From: a virus
IMG/VR virus record: IMGVR_UViG_3300007609_000008
Location: 61,422 to 125,421 of that record
Reading direction: 5' to 3' (one strand)
Length of the DNA stretch: 64,000 bases
Numbering within the stretch: the stretch's first letter is position 1; each line of letters opens with the position of its first letter. The notes under the pieces are model-generated. The model did no database searches. It worked only from the letters and a program-made list of their open reading frames with translations, and was not told the DNA's origin. The position numbers and the translations under genes are program-made. Positions 47,808 through 58,395 of the stretch are shown here, piece after piece.

Positions 47808-49082
47808 ATGCCAACAATATTACAACTAAGAAGAGGTACTACTACCGAGCACAACAGTTTTACTGGTGCAGTAGGTGAAGTTACCGTAGATACAACTAAA
47901 GATACTCTCGTAGTCCATGATGGATCTACACAAGGTGGCTTTGAACTTGCACTAGCAGACGGCTCAAACGTGTCAGTATCAACTGAACAAGTGCAAGACG
48001 CTGCTGCAAGTATGTTTACTTCAGCTACTCACACTAATATCACTGCAACGTATGATGATGGGGCTGGCACTCTTTCTCTTGCAGCAGCAGAGGGCTACGG
48101 CGACTCTGATGCTAGAGATGCAGTAAGTGCGAGTGGAGATCTTTCATACAACAGCTCTACTGGTGTGTTCTCATTCACTGAAAGAACTGATGCAGAAGTA
48201 CGTGGATTAGTAAGTGCTTCAGGCGACTTAGCATACAACAGTACTACAGGTGTTATTAGTTATACTGAACCTACTATGTACGCTGACTCTGATGCTAGAG
48301 CAGCAATTAGTGCTTCAGGCGACTTAGCATACAACAGTACTACAGGTGTTGTTAGTTTTACTGAAAGAACTGATGCAGAAGTACAAGGACTTATCACTGG
48401 CGGTACTGGTATAGATGTTAGTTCAGGAGAAGTTTCTATTGATTCTACTGTTGCTACTAAGACCTATGCAGATAGTGCTGCGACAACTGCTGTAGCTGCT
48501 GTAATTGATTCTTCACCAGATGCTTTGAACACTCTAAATGAGTTGGCTGCTGCATTAGGTGATGATGCTAATTTCTCTACTACAGTAACTAATAGTATTG
48601 CAACAAAGCTGAATTCATCTGCTGTAAGTGCATTTGGTCTTACGCTTGTAGATGATGCTGATGCCGCTGCTGCAAGGACTACATTGGGTTTAGGTACTGC
48701 TGCGACAACTGCTGCAAGTGCTTATGCTACTGCTTCACAAGGCTCTAAAGCAGACTCCGCTGTTCAAGACTTAGGCGATCTTAGTATTACTGCAACAGCA
48801 GCAGAGATCAATAAGCTAGATGGTGTTACTGCTACTACCGCTGAGTTGAATTATGTTGATGGTGTTACTAGCAACATTCAAACTCAGTTAAATGCTAAGT
48901 TGGCTTCAAGCTCTTACACTGCCGCAGATGTTTTAAGCAAAATCAAAACAGTTGACGGTTCTGGTTCAGGACTAGATGCTGATTTGCTTGATGGTCAGTC
49001 AAGTGCTTACTATGCAACTGCTGCAACTGTGACAGCAAATAGAATTGATATCTATAATGCTGCTGGCACTCTGCTAAACTAA
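47808..49082 (+). CDS. tail fibre-like protein with Mtd-N domain
   Basis: Mtd-N start, YNSTTGV repeats, SPDALNTLNELAAALGDD and GSGLDADLLDG fibre motifs. Confidence 0.8.
   Translation: MPTILQLRRGTTTEHNSFTGAVGEVTVDTTKDTLVVHDGSTQGGFELALADGSNVSVSTEQVQDAAASMFTSATHTNITATYDDGAGTLSLAAAEGYGDSDARDAVSASGDLSYNSSTGVFSFTERTDAEVRGLVSASGDLAYNSTTGVISYTEPTMYADSDARAAISASGDLAYNSTTGVVSFTERTDAEVQGLITGGTGIDVSSGEVSIDSTVATKTYADSAATTAVAAVIDSSPDALNTLNELAAALGDDANFSTTVTNSIATKLNSSAVSAFGLTLVDDADAAAARTTLGLGTAATTAASAYATASQGSKADSAVQDLGDLSITATAAEINKLDGVTATTAELNYVDGVTSNIQTQLNAKLASSSYTAADVLSKIKTVDGSGSGLDADLLDGQSSAYYATAATVTANRIDIYNAAGTLLN
48213..48350 (+). repeat. 42-bp exact direct repeat (96-bp period) in fibre gene
   Basis: AGTGCTTCAGGCGACTTAGCATACAACAGTACTACAGGTGTT at 48213 and 48309. 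Confidence 0.9.
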
Positions 49083-49093
49083 GGTAGTATCTT

Positions 49094-49402
49094 ATGGCTA
49101 TAGTAATAAAACCTAAAAGAAGTGAAGTGACCGGTGCGCCTACCTCGGAAGATTTAGAGGTAGGCGAAATCGCTATGAACTTAGATGACAAATCATTGTA
49201 TTCAAAGAAGTCAGACGGAAGTATTGTCGAAATTGCAAATTTTTCTGTGGGTGATCCATCAGTTCAGTTTCCTTCAGGAGATTTAGGAACTTTGTCTGGA
49301 GCTTCTACAGATGCATTTGGACAATCTTTGACTCGTGAATACGATTCTTTAGATACTCCTAATGGAGTACTTACTACAGAAGATTTAGGAACACTGGCGT
49401 AA
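49094..49402 (+). CDS. small virion protein with Mtd-N-like N-terminus
   Basis: VIKPKRSE...P...L.VGEIAMN..DK.LY, paralog of 47213; ends EDLGTLA. Confidence 0.7.
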   Translation: MAIVIKPKRSEVTGAPTSEDLEVGEIAMNLDDKSLYSKKSDGSIVEIANFSVGDPSVQFPSGDLGTLSGASTDAFGQSLTREYDSLDTPNGVLTTEDLGTLA

Positions 49403-50367
49403 TGGCATTATCAACAAGACAGGAACTAATAGACTATTGTTTGCGTAGGCTAGGCTTTCCTGTAATTGAAATTAATGTCGATGAAGATCAAGTCAACGAC
49501 AGAATAGATGATGCAATTCAAAGATGGCAAGAGTATCACTTTGATGGAACTGAACGCACATATGTTCAGCACAGAATAACTGGATCTACTCTTAATTTAA
49601 CTACATCGGTTGGCGATACGTTTACAAACAACGATAGAGTTACTGGTTCAACCTCTGGCGCAAGTGCATTAGTTAAAGGAGGAGATGGCTCCACTCTTAC
49701 TATTGAAGATACAGCAGGAGAGTTTCAAGCAGGAGAGAGCATAACAGGATCTCTGTCTGGTTCTACTGCAATACTTGATACGACTCCTTATGTTGCAGGT
49801 GATATGGATAACAAATATATTCCTATCAGCAACGGCATTACAGGTATTGTCAGACTGTTTAACTTCGGCGGCGCTGCAACTGCAAACACACGAGACGGCA
49901 ACCTATTTGATCTACAGTATCAATTCAGACAGAATGATCTGTACAATCTGATGGGCGCTGATATGATTTACTATTCAATGGTACAATCACATCTACAAAC
50001 ACTTGAAGAACTTCTCATAAGTGACAGACAGATTAGATGGAACAGAAAAACAGATAGACTCTACATTGACACTGACTGGGACAAGACATTCAACCCAGGC
50101 GACTATGTAGTAGCAGAAGCGTATGCTATATTAGATCCAGCAGAATACTCAGAAGTTTATGATGACATGTGGTTGAAGAAATATGCTACCGCTCTTATCA
50201 AAAGACAGTGGGGCGAAAACATGAAGAAGTTTGGCGGTATTCAAATGCCTGGTGGCGTTACACTAAACGGCGACAAAATATTTGAAGAAGCTATTACAGA
50301 AATCAATGCTATAGAAGACGAGATGCAGTCTCGCTACGAACTACCACCTTCGTTCTATGTAGGATAG
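49402..50367 (+). CDS. gp13: neck protein
   Basis: RQELIDYCLRRLGFPVIEINVDEDQ..DRIDDA, W.KKYATAL.K.QWG.NM.KF.G.Q.PGG.TLNG. Confidence 0.95.
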   Translation: MALSTRQELIDYCLRRLGFPVIEINVDEDQVNDRIDDAIQRWQEYHFDGTERTYVQHRITGSTLNLTTSVGDTFTNNDRVTGSTSGASALVKGGDGSTLTIEDTAGEFQAGESITGSLSGSTAILDTTPYVAGDMDNKYIPISNGITGIVRLFNFGGAATANTRDGNLFDLQYQFRQNDLYNLMGADMIYYSMVQSHLQTLEELLISDRQIRWNRKTDRLYIDTDWDKTFNPGDYVVAEAYAILDPAEYSEVYDDMWLKKYATALIKRQWGENMKKFGGIQMPGGVTLNGDKIFEEAITEINAIEDEMQSRYELPPSFYVG

Positions 50368-50371
50368 TCTT

Positions 50372-51118
50372 ATGCCTACTAACTTTTATTTTCAAAGTGG
50401 ACTGACAAGCGGAACTACTAATGAGCAGCGTCTTGTAGAAGACCTTGTCATTGAGAGCTTGAAGATTTACGGCCACGATATTTACTATCTTCCTCGAACC
50501 CGGGTAAATACAGACGATATCTTTGATGAAGATACTTTGTCTCAGTTTACTCAAGCATATCCTCTTGAAATGTATTTTGAGAATGTAGATGGATTCGAAG
50601 GTCAAGGAGATCTGTTTACCAAGTTTGGCATTGAGATAAGAGACCAAGCAACATTTGTTCTAGCAAAAAGAAGATGGGAAGACTTGGTTCTGACATCAGG
50701 CGGCGTATTTCCTTTAGAAGCAAGACCGTCTGAAGGAGACTTATTATTCTTTCCTCTGACTGGTTCGATGTTTGAAATAAAACTAGTAGACTTTCAGAAT
50801 CCTTTCTATCAATTAAGTAAAATAAATATATTTAAGATGCAATGTGAATTGTTTGAATATTCTTCAGAAGTTATTCAGACTGGTATTTCTATTATTGATA
50901 ACATTTATGCTGAACAAAACATCGACATGTTCTTGTATCAATTCTTATTAGAAGACGACACATTATTACTCCAAGAAGATGGCACTTCTATTATATTAGA
51001 AGACTATGCTCTTACCAAGGCTAATGCAAATACTGATAATACTAACTTCATTACGGAAAATGAAGCATCTGATATTTTAGATTTCTCTGAAGTTAATCCA
51101 TTCGGGGAGATTGGCTAA
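50372..51118 (+). CDS. gp14: neck protein
   Basis: EQ.LVEDLV.ESLKIYG.D.YYLPR, D..F.KFG.EI.D, P.EGDL.FFP, DFSE.NPFG. Confidence 0.95.
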   Translation: MPTNFYFQSGLTSGTTNEQRLVEDLVIESLKIYGHDIYYLPRTRVNTDDIFDEDTLSQFTQAYPLEMYFENVDGFEGQGDLFTKFGIEIRDQATFVLAKRRWEDLVLTSGGVFPLEARPSEGDLLFFPLTGSMFEIKLVDFQNPFYQLSKINIFKMQCELFEYSSEVIQTGISIIDNIYAEQNIDMFLYQFLLEDDTLLLQEDGTSIILEDYALTKANANTDNTNFITENEASDILDFSEVNPFGEIG

Positions 51119-51915
51119 TGTTTAAAGATACACAGTTCTATCATGAGCACATCAGAAAGGCTATTGTAGCCTTTGGTATGATTTTTAATAATATTAGAAT
51201 TGAAAGACAAACTTCTGAGGGAGAGACTGCTCAAGTTATGCGAGTTCCTCTTGCTTACTCTACAAAACAGAAGTTCTTGTCTCGTATTGCATTGATCCCT
51301 GATGCAGAATCTCGTGGTGAAGTAGCTATAGTTCTGCCTCGTATGGGCTTTGAGATACAACAACTGACTTATGATCCTACACGTAAAGTTTCTCCTATAC
51401 AAAGAAATAAAGCAGTAGGAGAAGGCGATAACACAAACACAGTAAGAACATCATACGTGGCTACTCCATACAATATGTCACTTGCGTTGTATGTGTTTGC
51501 AAAAAATCAAGAAGATGGTCTAAGAATCGTAGAGCAAATATTACCATTCTTTAATCCAGATTTCAATATCACGGTAAATGAGTTGCCTGTTCTTGGAATT
51601 AAGCGTGATATTAAAATCACAATGGATAGCATAGATTATGATGATAATTACGAAGGCGATTTAGCAGATAGACAGAGTATTATTTGGACTTTTAATTTTA
51701 CAATGAGACTTAACTTTTATGGTCCAGTAGAAAATACTGGAGTAATTAAGGAGTCAATTGCCAAATTATATGAGAATGATGATTTGTTAGATGTTAGAGT
51801 AAAAAGTACATCGACAATAGGAAATAATGGTGTTGTAGATAAATCTCTGACACCTGCAGATGAATATGAATATATAACTAGTATACTTGAGAGTTTTGGT
51901 GACCCAATTGAATAA
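51118..51915 (+). CDS. gp15: tail sheath stabiliser / terminator
   Basis: FYHE.IRKAIVAFG.IFNNI, VPL.Y..KQKFL, LPRMGFE, EQILPFFNP. Confidence 0.95.
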   Translation: MFKDTQFYHEHIRKAIVAFGMIFNNIRIERQTSEGETAQVMRVPLAYSTKQKFLSRIALIPDAESRGEVAIVLPRMGFEIQQLTYDPTRKVSPIQRNKAVGEGDNTNTVRTSYVATPYNMSLALYVFAKNQEDGLRIVEQILPFFNPDFNITVNELPVLGIKRDIKITMDSIDYDDNYEGDLADRQSIIWTFNFTMRLNFYGPVENTGVIKESIAKLYENDDLLDVRVKSTSTIGNNGVVDKSLTPADEYEYITSILESFGDPIE

Positions 51916-52354
51916 TCCATTTGACAGTTTAGACGAAACATTTGACACAAAAGATAAGACAAAAGCTCTTGAGTCTAATCTAAAGAAGACAAGAGAAGAG
52001 AATAACTTGCCTGCTCCTCCTGCTGATGCAGCAAAGGACCTTGAAACTGATTTTCAGGAAGCAAGAGATATTCTGAGAAGGACTGCTGACTACAGTGAAG
52101 AAGCTATCAAAGGCATGCTACACATCGCAAAGAACAGCGATCAGCCTAGAGCGTATGAAGTCGCAGGTCAGCTAATCAAAGCGTTACAAGACAATGCAAA
52201 CGCTATGATGGAAGTACAAGAGAAAGCAAAGAAAGTGAAAGGCGAAGAGATTAAAGCAAGCAATGCTGCCGTGACAAATAATAATTTGTTTGTCGGTAGC
52301 ACAAAAGATTTATTGAGAGCTTTAAAAGACGAGCAAGTAATAGAACATGAGTGA
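51887..52354 (+). CDS. gp16: terminase small subunit
   Basis: A.NS.QPRAYEV...LIK, VTNNNLFVGST.DL; true start may be TTG 51908. Confidence 0.92.
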   Translation: MRVLVTQLNNPFDSLDETFDTKDKTKALESNLKKTREENNLPAPPADAAKDLETDFQEARDILRRTADYSEEAIKGMLHIAKNSDQPRAYEVAGQLIKALQDNANAMMEVQEKAKKVKGEEIKASNAAVTNNNLFVGSTKDLLRALKDEQVIEHE

Positions 52355-54002
52355 AGAAACTTCTTATCATGGCAATCCTAATCTAAAATCTATTGGTCAC
52401 AAGCACGACTTCACTCAAGAACAAATTAAAGAGTATTTAAAGTGTCAAGATGATCCAATTTATTTTATTGAGAATTATTGCCACATTGTAACTCTGGACA
52501 ACGGTCTTCAGTTGTTCAAGCTCTACGACTGTCAAAAGACAAAAGTAGATATCATTATGAATAATCGTAAGGTTATTCTTATGGAAGGCAGACAGCAGGG
52601 TAAGACTGTAACTGCTGCTGCATGTATTCTACACTATACTATTTTCAACGCTGACAAAACTGTAGCTATCATGGCAAACAAAACTGCCTCTGCTAGAGAA
52701 GTGTTGTTGCGTTATCAGACCATGTATGAGAACTTGCCGATATGGATGCAGCAAGGCGTAAAGACATGGAACAAAGGTGATGTTGATTTAGAAAACAACT
52801 GTCGTGTATTCACAGCAGCGACAACAACATCAGGTATTCGTGGTAAGTCTGTAAACTGGTTGTACATTGACGAAGCGGCAATTATTCCAAACAATGTAGC
52901 AGACGAGTTTTTTGCATCAGTATATCCTACAATTTCTGCTGGTGAAACTACAAAGATTCTACTGACATCTACGCCTTTGGGATACAATCATTTCTGGAAG
53001 TTTTGGAACGAGGCAGAAAAGAATGCGAATGGATTTGTAAATCACTTCATTCACTATACAGAGATACCTGGAAGAGACGAGAAGTGGGCAGAAGAACAAC
53101 TTAAACTACTAGGCGAACTCAAGTTCACGCAGGAAGTTCTATGTGAGTTCTTGGGTTCATCAAACACACTCATCAATGCGAGAACGATTGGAGCATTGAG
53201 TTCAGTAGATCCTCTGTATGACAATCACGAAGGTACTGGTATTGACATATACGAAGACCCGAAAGAGAATCATTTTTATTGTATTACAGTAGACACTGCC
53301 AGAGGAATAGGCGGTGACTACTCAGCATTTGTTGTTGTTGATATTACTGACATGCCATATAAAGTGGTAGCAAAATACAGAAACAACAAAATAGCTCCGA
53401 TGTTATATCCTAACGTCATAGCAAAGGTAGGACAAGATTATAATAACGCATTTGTCTTGATTGAAAACAACGACATAGGCGGGCAAGTAGTAGAGATATT
53501 ACACGAAGAAATAGAATACGACAATATCTTTAGTACGGTGACAGAAAAATCTAGACAGTATGTATCTCCAGGCTTTGGTAAATCTACAAGACTCGGTGTC
53601 AATACATCTAAACAAGTAAAGAGACAAGGTTGTTTTAACTTCAAGTCTCTTATGGAAGAAAAAAAATTATTAGTATTTGACGCTGACATCATCAGTGAAA
53701 TCTCTACATTTGTTGAGAAAGGCAATACTTATCAAGCAGACGAAGGCTACAATGACGACTGTGTGATGTGTATGGTCTTGTTCGGTTGGCTATCTACTAT
53801 GCCGTTCTTCAAAGAATTAGTAGATGTGAACACACGAGAAGGTCTTTATAATCAACAGATGGAAAGTATTACTCAAAATCTCACGCCTTTTGTAATGAGA
53901 AAGAGTAATGAAGAACCTCAGGCATGGGTTGCAGGGGGAGATTATTGGTTGATGGATGATGAGTACAGTAAACGACTCAAAGACAGCGGGTTCAAATATT
54001 AA
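52347..54002 (+). CDS. gp17: terminase large subunit
   Basis: YHGNPNLK, GRQQGKT, LYIDEAA, STPLG.NHF, DTARG...DYS, DD.VM. Confidence 0.97.
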   Translation: MSEETSYHGNPNLKSIGHKHDFTQEQIKEYLKCQDDPIYFIENYCHIVTLDNGLQLFKLYDCQKTKVDIIMNNRKVILMEGRQQGKTVTAAACILHYTIFNADKTVAIMANKTASAREVLLRYQTMYENLPIWMQQGVKTWNKGDVDLENNCRVFTAATTTSGIRGKSVNWLYIDEAAIIPNNVADEFFASVYPTISAGETTKILLTSTPLGYNHFWKFWNEAEKNANGFVNHFIHYTEIPGRDEKWAEEQLKLLGELKFTQEVLCEFLGSSNTLINARTIGALSSVDPLYDNHEGTGIDIYEDPKENHFYCITVDTARGIGGDYSAFVVVDITDMPYKVVAKYRNNKIAPMLYPNVIAKVGQDYNNAFVLIENNDIGGQVVEILHEEIEYDNIFSTVTEKSRQYVSPGFGKSTRLGVNTSKQVKRQGCFNFKSLMEEKKLLVFDADIISEISTFVEKGNTYQADEGYNDDCVMCMVLFGWLSTMPFFKELVDVNTREGLYNQQMESITQNLTPFVMRKSNEEPQAWVAGGDYWLMDDEYSKRLKDSGFKY

Positions 54003-54007
54003 AAAGT

Positions 54008-54015
54008 TATAAATA
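54008..54015 (+). promoter_or_regulatory. late promoter TATAAATA for gp18
   Basis: Exact consensus. Confidence 0.8.
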
Positions 54016-54068
54016 ATCAGACGAAATAACAATAAAATGTTGTCTGTTTTTTAACGAGGAGAATAAAT

Positions 54069-56003
54069 ATGGCTTTTCAGCTATCACCTGGAGTCCAGGT
54101 AACAGAGAGAGACCTCACTTCAGTAGTTCCTGCAGTCGGATCATCTATTGGTGGCACTGCAGGAATATTTAAATGGGGGCCAGCTAATGAAGTTGTTACT
54201 ATTAGTTCTGAAAACGAATTAGCTCGCCGATTTGGCGAACCATCTAAAACTGGCACTGACTATAGAACATGGTTAGCTGCTGCTTCATTTCTAGCATATA
54301 CTAGCACTCTTAAAGTAGTACGAGCAATTCATGCAGATTCCTTGAATGCAACAGTAGGTGTAGCTGGCGCTTCTGCGACAGGTAAACTCATTGCAAATGA
54401 AGTTGATTATGATCAGAATCATTCTAGTGGTAATACCGATGACTCTGACGGTATGTTTGCTGCCAAATGGCCAGGTGATATTGGTGATTCATTAAAAATT
54501 TCATTTGCTGACGCTTCTGATTTTGCTGCTAATGATGCATCAGGAACAATCACTGCTGCTGTTGACAGTACTACAGTAACTGGTGTTGACACAGCATTTG
54601 ACGATGAGCTTTTAGTAGGAGATACTATTCAAAATGCTGACGGTGACACGATTGGTACTATTTCAGCAATCGCTTCAGCCACTTCTCTTACTCTTGCTGC
54701 TAATGCAGCAGTGGCAGTTGCAGGAGCAGCATTCAAAAGAGGCCCATGGCAATACGCATCACAGTTTGACTATGCACCTTCTGAGACCACATATGCAGCA
54801 ACAGCCGGTGCTTCAAGTGATGAGATGCATATCATTGTAATCGATGAAGACGGCTTGTTTAGCGGATCACCAGGAACTATTTTAGAAAAATTTGCTGGTG
54901 TTTCTAAAGCATCTGATGCAAAAGATTCGGTTGGTCGTTCAAACTATTACAAGAATGTATTGAATCAAAGATCACAATACGTTTGGTGGACACATCATCC
55001 AGATGCAGACAATAACTGGGGTAGTGTAGCAAATGGCGTAACTTTTGATAGTAACCATGTTCCAGCAGAATCTATGGCTTCTTTTGATGCTGGTCAAGAC
55101 GGAGCATCTGATTCAGAAGATCCGACCGTAGCAGACGGAGATAAAACAACTGCGTTTGACTTGTTTGCTAACGATGAACTTGTAGATGTTAATCTTATTT
55201 TTGTTGCTGATGCATCTATTTTTGTTGCTGACTATGTTATTGATAATATCGCAGAAGTTCGCAAAGATTGTATGGTATTTATTTCACCACAAGCAGCTTC
55301 GGTTGTAGACAATGTAGGTGCAGAAGCTACTTCTATTGTAGCAGAAGTCGCACAATATACTAGAAGTTCTTATGCAGTATTTGATTCTGGTTACAAGTAC
55401 ATGTACAACAGATACACTGACCAATTTGTTTTTGTTCCTTGTAATGGAGACACTGCAGGTGTTTGTGCTAATACTGATACTGTTGCTGATCCTTGGTTCT
55501 CTCCTGCTGGATTGAATAGAGGCGCAATCAAAAATGCTGTAAGGCTTGCATACTCTCCTGTCAAAGCTGATAGAGACTCTCTATATAAAGCAGGAGTTAA
55601 TCCTGTTGTTGGCTTCCCTGGATCAGGTATTGTTTTGTTTGGTGATAAAACAATGCTCGAAAAGCCAAGCGCATTTGACAGAATTAATGTTCGCAGACTG
55701 TTTATTGTTCTTGAAAAGGCAATTGCAACTGCTGCTAAGTTCCAGCTCTTTGAGTTTAACGATGCCTTTACACGAGCACAGTTTAAAAATCTAGTTGAGC
55801 CTTTCCTGCGTGATGTACAAGGTCGCAGAGGCATCTATGATTTCCGTGTTGTGTGTGACGGTACAAACAATACAGCGCAAGTTGTAGACTCGAATCAGTT
55901 TGTAGCTGATATCTTTATACAGCCAGCGAAGTCAATCAACTTTATCCAACTAAACTTCATTGCTACTCGAACTGGTATTGCGTTTGAAGAAGTTGGTGCC
56001 TAG
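54069..56003 (+). CDS. gp18: tail sheath protein
   Basis: FQLSPGVQV.ERDLT, PWFSPAG.NRG, FGDKT, FDRINVRRLF, FEFND.FTR, PAKSINFI.LNF.ATRTG. Confidence 0.97.
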   Translation: MAFQLSPGVQVTERDLTSVVPAVGSSIGGTAGIFKWGPANEVVTISSENELARRFGEPSKTGTDYRTWLAAASFLAYTSTLKVVRAIHADSLNATVGVAGASATGKLIANEVDYDQNHSSGNTDDSDGMFAAKWPGDIGDSLKISFADASDFAANDASGTITAAVDSTTVTGVDTAFDDELLVGDTIQNADGDTIGTISAIASATSLTLAANAAVAVAGAAFKRGPWQYASQFDYAPSETTYAATAGASSDEMHIIVIDEDGLFSGSPGTILEKFAGVSKASDAKDSVGRSNYYKNVLNQRSQYVWWTHHPDADNNWGSVANGVTFDSNHVPAESMASFDAGQDGASDSEDPTVADGDKTTAFDLFANDELVDVNLIFVADASIFVADYVIDNIAEVRKDCMVFISPQAASVVDNVGAEATSIVAEVAQYTRSSYAVFDSGYKYMYNRYTDQFVFVPCNGDTAGVCANTDTVADPWFSPAGLNRGAIKNAVRLAYSPVKADRDSLYKAGVNPVVGFPGSGIVLFGDKTMLEKPSAFDRINVRRLFIVLEKAIATAAKFQLFEFNDAFTRAQFKNLVEPFLRDVQGRRGIYDFRVVCDGTNNTAQVVDSNQFVADIFIQPAKSINFIQLNFIATRTGIAFEEVGA

Positions 56004-56006
56004 GGT

Positions 56007-56014
56007 TATAAATA
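56007..56014 (+). promoter_or_regulatory. late promoter TATAAATA for gp19
   Basis: Exact consensus. Confidence 0.8.
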
Positions 56015-56034
56015 AAAGTAAACAGGAGAATTAA

Positions 56035-56550
56035 ATGAACATTACAGAGTTTAAAGCTCGCCTAGGTGCCGGAGGAGCAAGACCTAATCAGTTTAGAGTC
56101 TTGCTAGGCTTTCCAAGCTATGTCACCGGCGTAGATACTTCAAATAGTATTTTGGTGACAGGAGCTGCTGTTCCTGCTTCTACTGTCAACCCAGCGATCC
56201 TTCAGTACAGAGGTCGTGAAGTTAAATTGGCAGGTGAGCGTATTTTTGATCCATGGACAATTACTATTGTGAACGACAGTCAGCAATCACTTCGACGGCC
56301 ATTTGAAGACTGGATGGAAGGATTGAATGCTACTGCTGAGAACACAGGCGTTTTAACACCTGCTGATTATCAAGCAGACATTACTGTCCAACACCTAGAC
56401 AGAAACGATGACGTTTTGCGTGGTGGTACTTATGTGCTACGTAACGCATTCCCAATTCAGATGTCTGAAATTGCATTACAGTATGCACAGAATGACGTTA
56501 TTGAAGAATTTACAGTGACATTCCAGTATCAGAACTACGACAACTTCTAG
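56035..56550 (+). CDS. gp19: tail tube protein
   Basis: GGARPNQFRV, YRGR.VKLAGER.F.PWTIT..ND, EEFTVTFQY. Confidence 0.96.
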   Translation: MNITEFKARLGAGGARPNQFRVLLGFPSYVTGVDTSNSILVTGAAVPASTVNPAILQYRGREVKLAGERIFDPWTITIVNDSQQSLRRPFEDWMEGLNATAENTGVLTPADYQADITVQHLDRNDDVLRGGTYVLRNAFPIQMSEIALQYAQNDVIEEFTVTFQYQNYDNF

Positions 56551-56581
56551 TCGTAGAATATGAAGAAGGACTTAATATAGA

Positions 56582-58135
56582 ATGAATATTTTTGGGTTTA
56601 ACATCACTCGGGAGCAGCCGCCTAAGACTGAAAAGTCTTTCGTGGCTCCTTCTGATGAAGGTGGTGTAGAGAGTATACGGGCAGGTGGGTATTACGGTAC
56701 CTACCTTGACCTCGAAGGCGTTGCTAATAACGAAGCCGAACTAATCAAACGATATAGAGATATCTCTTTGATGGCTGATGTTGACACGGCAATACAAGAC
56801 ATTATTGATGATGCAATTGCAAATCTTGACAATGAAGATCCAGTTACGCTGGACACTGACAAGTTAAAAGTTTCTAATGCGGTAAAGAAACAAATTCAGG
56901 ATGAGTTTGAGAACATAGTAGAGTTACTAGATTTTAAAAACAGATCCGCAGACTATTTCAGACGATGGTATGTTGACGGTCGTCTATACTTCCATAAAGT
57001 GATTGACACAGAAAATCCTAGAAAAGGTATTCGTGACATTCGCTATATTGATCCTCGTAAAATTACAAAGATCAAGCAAATACATAAAGAGAAAAACGAT
57101 CAAGGCGTACAGTTTGTTAAGAAAGTCGAAGAGTTTTATATCTTCAACGAGAAAGGACTTTCTTCTAAGCCTAGTCAATACAAAGCACCTGAGAACGACT
57201 CGGCGCTAAAGATTACGAAAGATGCTATTACTTATTGTCCATCTGGTCTAGTCGATCAAGATAAAAATATACCTCTTTCATATTTGCATAAAGCCATTCG
57301 CCCTGCGAATCAACTTAGAATGATGGAGAATGCCGTAGTCATCTATAGGATTACGAGAGCTCCTGAACGAAGAATATTTTATGTTGATGTTGGTAACCTA
57401 CCTACCAATAAAGCAGAACAATACTTGAAAGACATCATGGACAGATATCGCAATAAACTAGTATACGATGCTGGTAGCGGCGAGATTCGTGATGATAAAA
57501 AGTTTATGTCAATGCTAGAAGACTTCTGGTTGCCACGTAGAGAAGGTAGTAGCGGTACAAGTATCGATACTCTGCCTGCAGGCCAGAACTTAGGACAGAT
57601 TGAAGACGTAGAGTATTTCCAAAAGAAACTCTATCAGGCTTTGAACGTTCCTGTTTCTAGACTAGAGCAACAAGCAGGACTTAACTTCGGTCGTTCTGCT
57701 GAGATCAACAGAGACGAATTGAAATTTACAAAGTTTGTTTCTAGATTGCGTAAAAAGTTTGGAGTGATGTTTGATGATCTACTGAAGACGCAGCTCATTC
57801 TAAAGAACATTATCACAGAAGAAGATTGGACAGATATTAAAGATGATTTGATGTACAAGTTTGCACAAGATGCATACTACACCGAGTCAAAGAATCAGGA
57901 AATATTAAGAAGTCGAGTCGAAGTTTTGAATGGTATGGCAAGCTATATTGGAACTCTTTTCAGTAAGTCGTATGTTCAACGAGAAGTGTTAATGCTTACA
58001 GACGAAGAGATAGAACAAATTGAAACTGACTTGAGACTTGAGCAACCATTTGTTACTCAAGATCAACAACATCAAATGAATATGGCTCAACAGGAACAAG
58101 AAGAATCTCCGGTTGAGCCTACAGGAGAAGAATAA
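56582..58135 (+). CDS. gp20: portal protein
   Basis: FRRWYVDGR, SYLHKAI.P.NQLRMME.A.VIYR..RAPERRIFY.DVGNLP, MLED.WLPRREG. Confidence 0.98.
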   Translation: MNIFGFNITREQPPKTEKSFVAPSDEGGVESIRAGGYYGTYLDLEGVANNEAELIKRYRDISLMADVDTAIQDIIDDAIANLDNEDPVTLDTDKLKVSNAVKKQIQDEFENIVELLDFKNRSADYFRRWYVDGRLYFHKVIDTENPRKGIRDIRYIDPRKITKIKQIHKEKNDQGVQFVKKVEEFYIFNEKGLSSKPSQYKAPENDSALKITKDAITYCPSGLVDQDKNIPLSYLHKAIRPANQLRMMENAVVIYRITRAPERRIFYVDVGNLPTNKAEQYLKDIMDRYRNKLVYDAGSGEIRDDKKFMSMLEDFWLPRREGSSGTSIDTLPAGQNLGQIEDVEYFQKKLYQALNVPVSRLEQQAGLNFGRSAEINRDELKFTKFVSRLRKKFGVMFDDLLKTQLILKNIITEEDWTDIKDDLMYKFAQDAYYTESKNQEILRSRVEVLNGMASYIGTLFSKSYVQREVLMLTDEEIEQIETDLRLEQPFVTQDQQHQMNMAQQEQEESPVEPTGEE

Positions 58136-58395
58136 TGGATCAACAAGCAGCTATTAGAGATATGATGGACAGCATTGCACAAGGCAAGGCTTCCGAGGTA
58201 CAAGATAAATTCAATACACTTATGTTTGACAGAGCTAGTGATGCCGTCAACGACTACAAGCAAGAGCTTGCCAAGAGTGTGTTTAGTAATCCAGACTTAC
58301 AAGCAATGGGTCTAGCAGATGGCGAAGAGCATATCACAGAATTTGATCCTGCCGCTGAACCCGAAACAATTGGAGACGAAGATGAAAACGTTTAA
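58135..58395 (+). CDS. prohead core protein (gp67-like)
   Basis: Small, acidic, directly after the portal gene. Confidence 0.6.
   Translation: MDQQAAIRDMMDSIAQGKASEVQDKFNTLMFDRASDAVNDYKQELAKSVFSNPDLQAMGLADGEEHITEFDPAAEPETIGDEDENV

Noticed and set aside
47569-47950. Mtd-N domains and similar DNA in two adjacent genes suggested a diversity-generating retroelement
   Set aside because: No reverse transcriptase in the window. The differences are mostly synonymous third-position changes, not adenine-specific, so this is ordinary paralogy.
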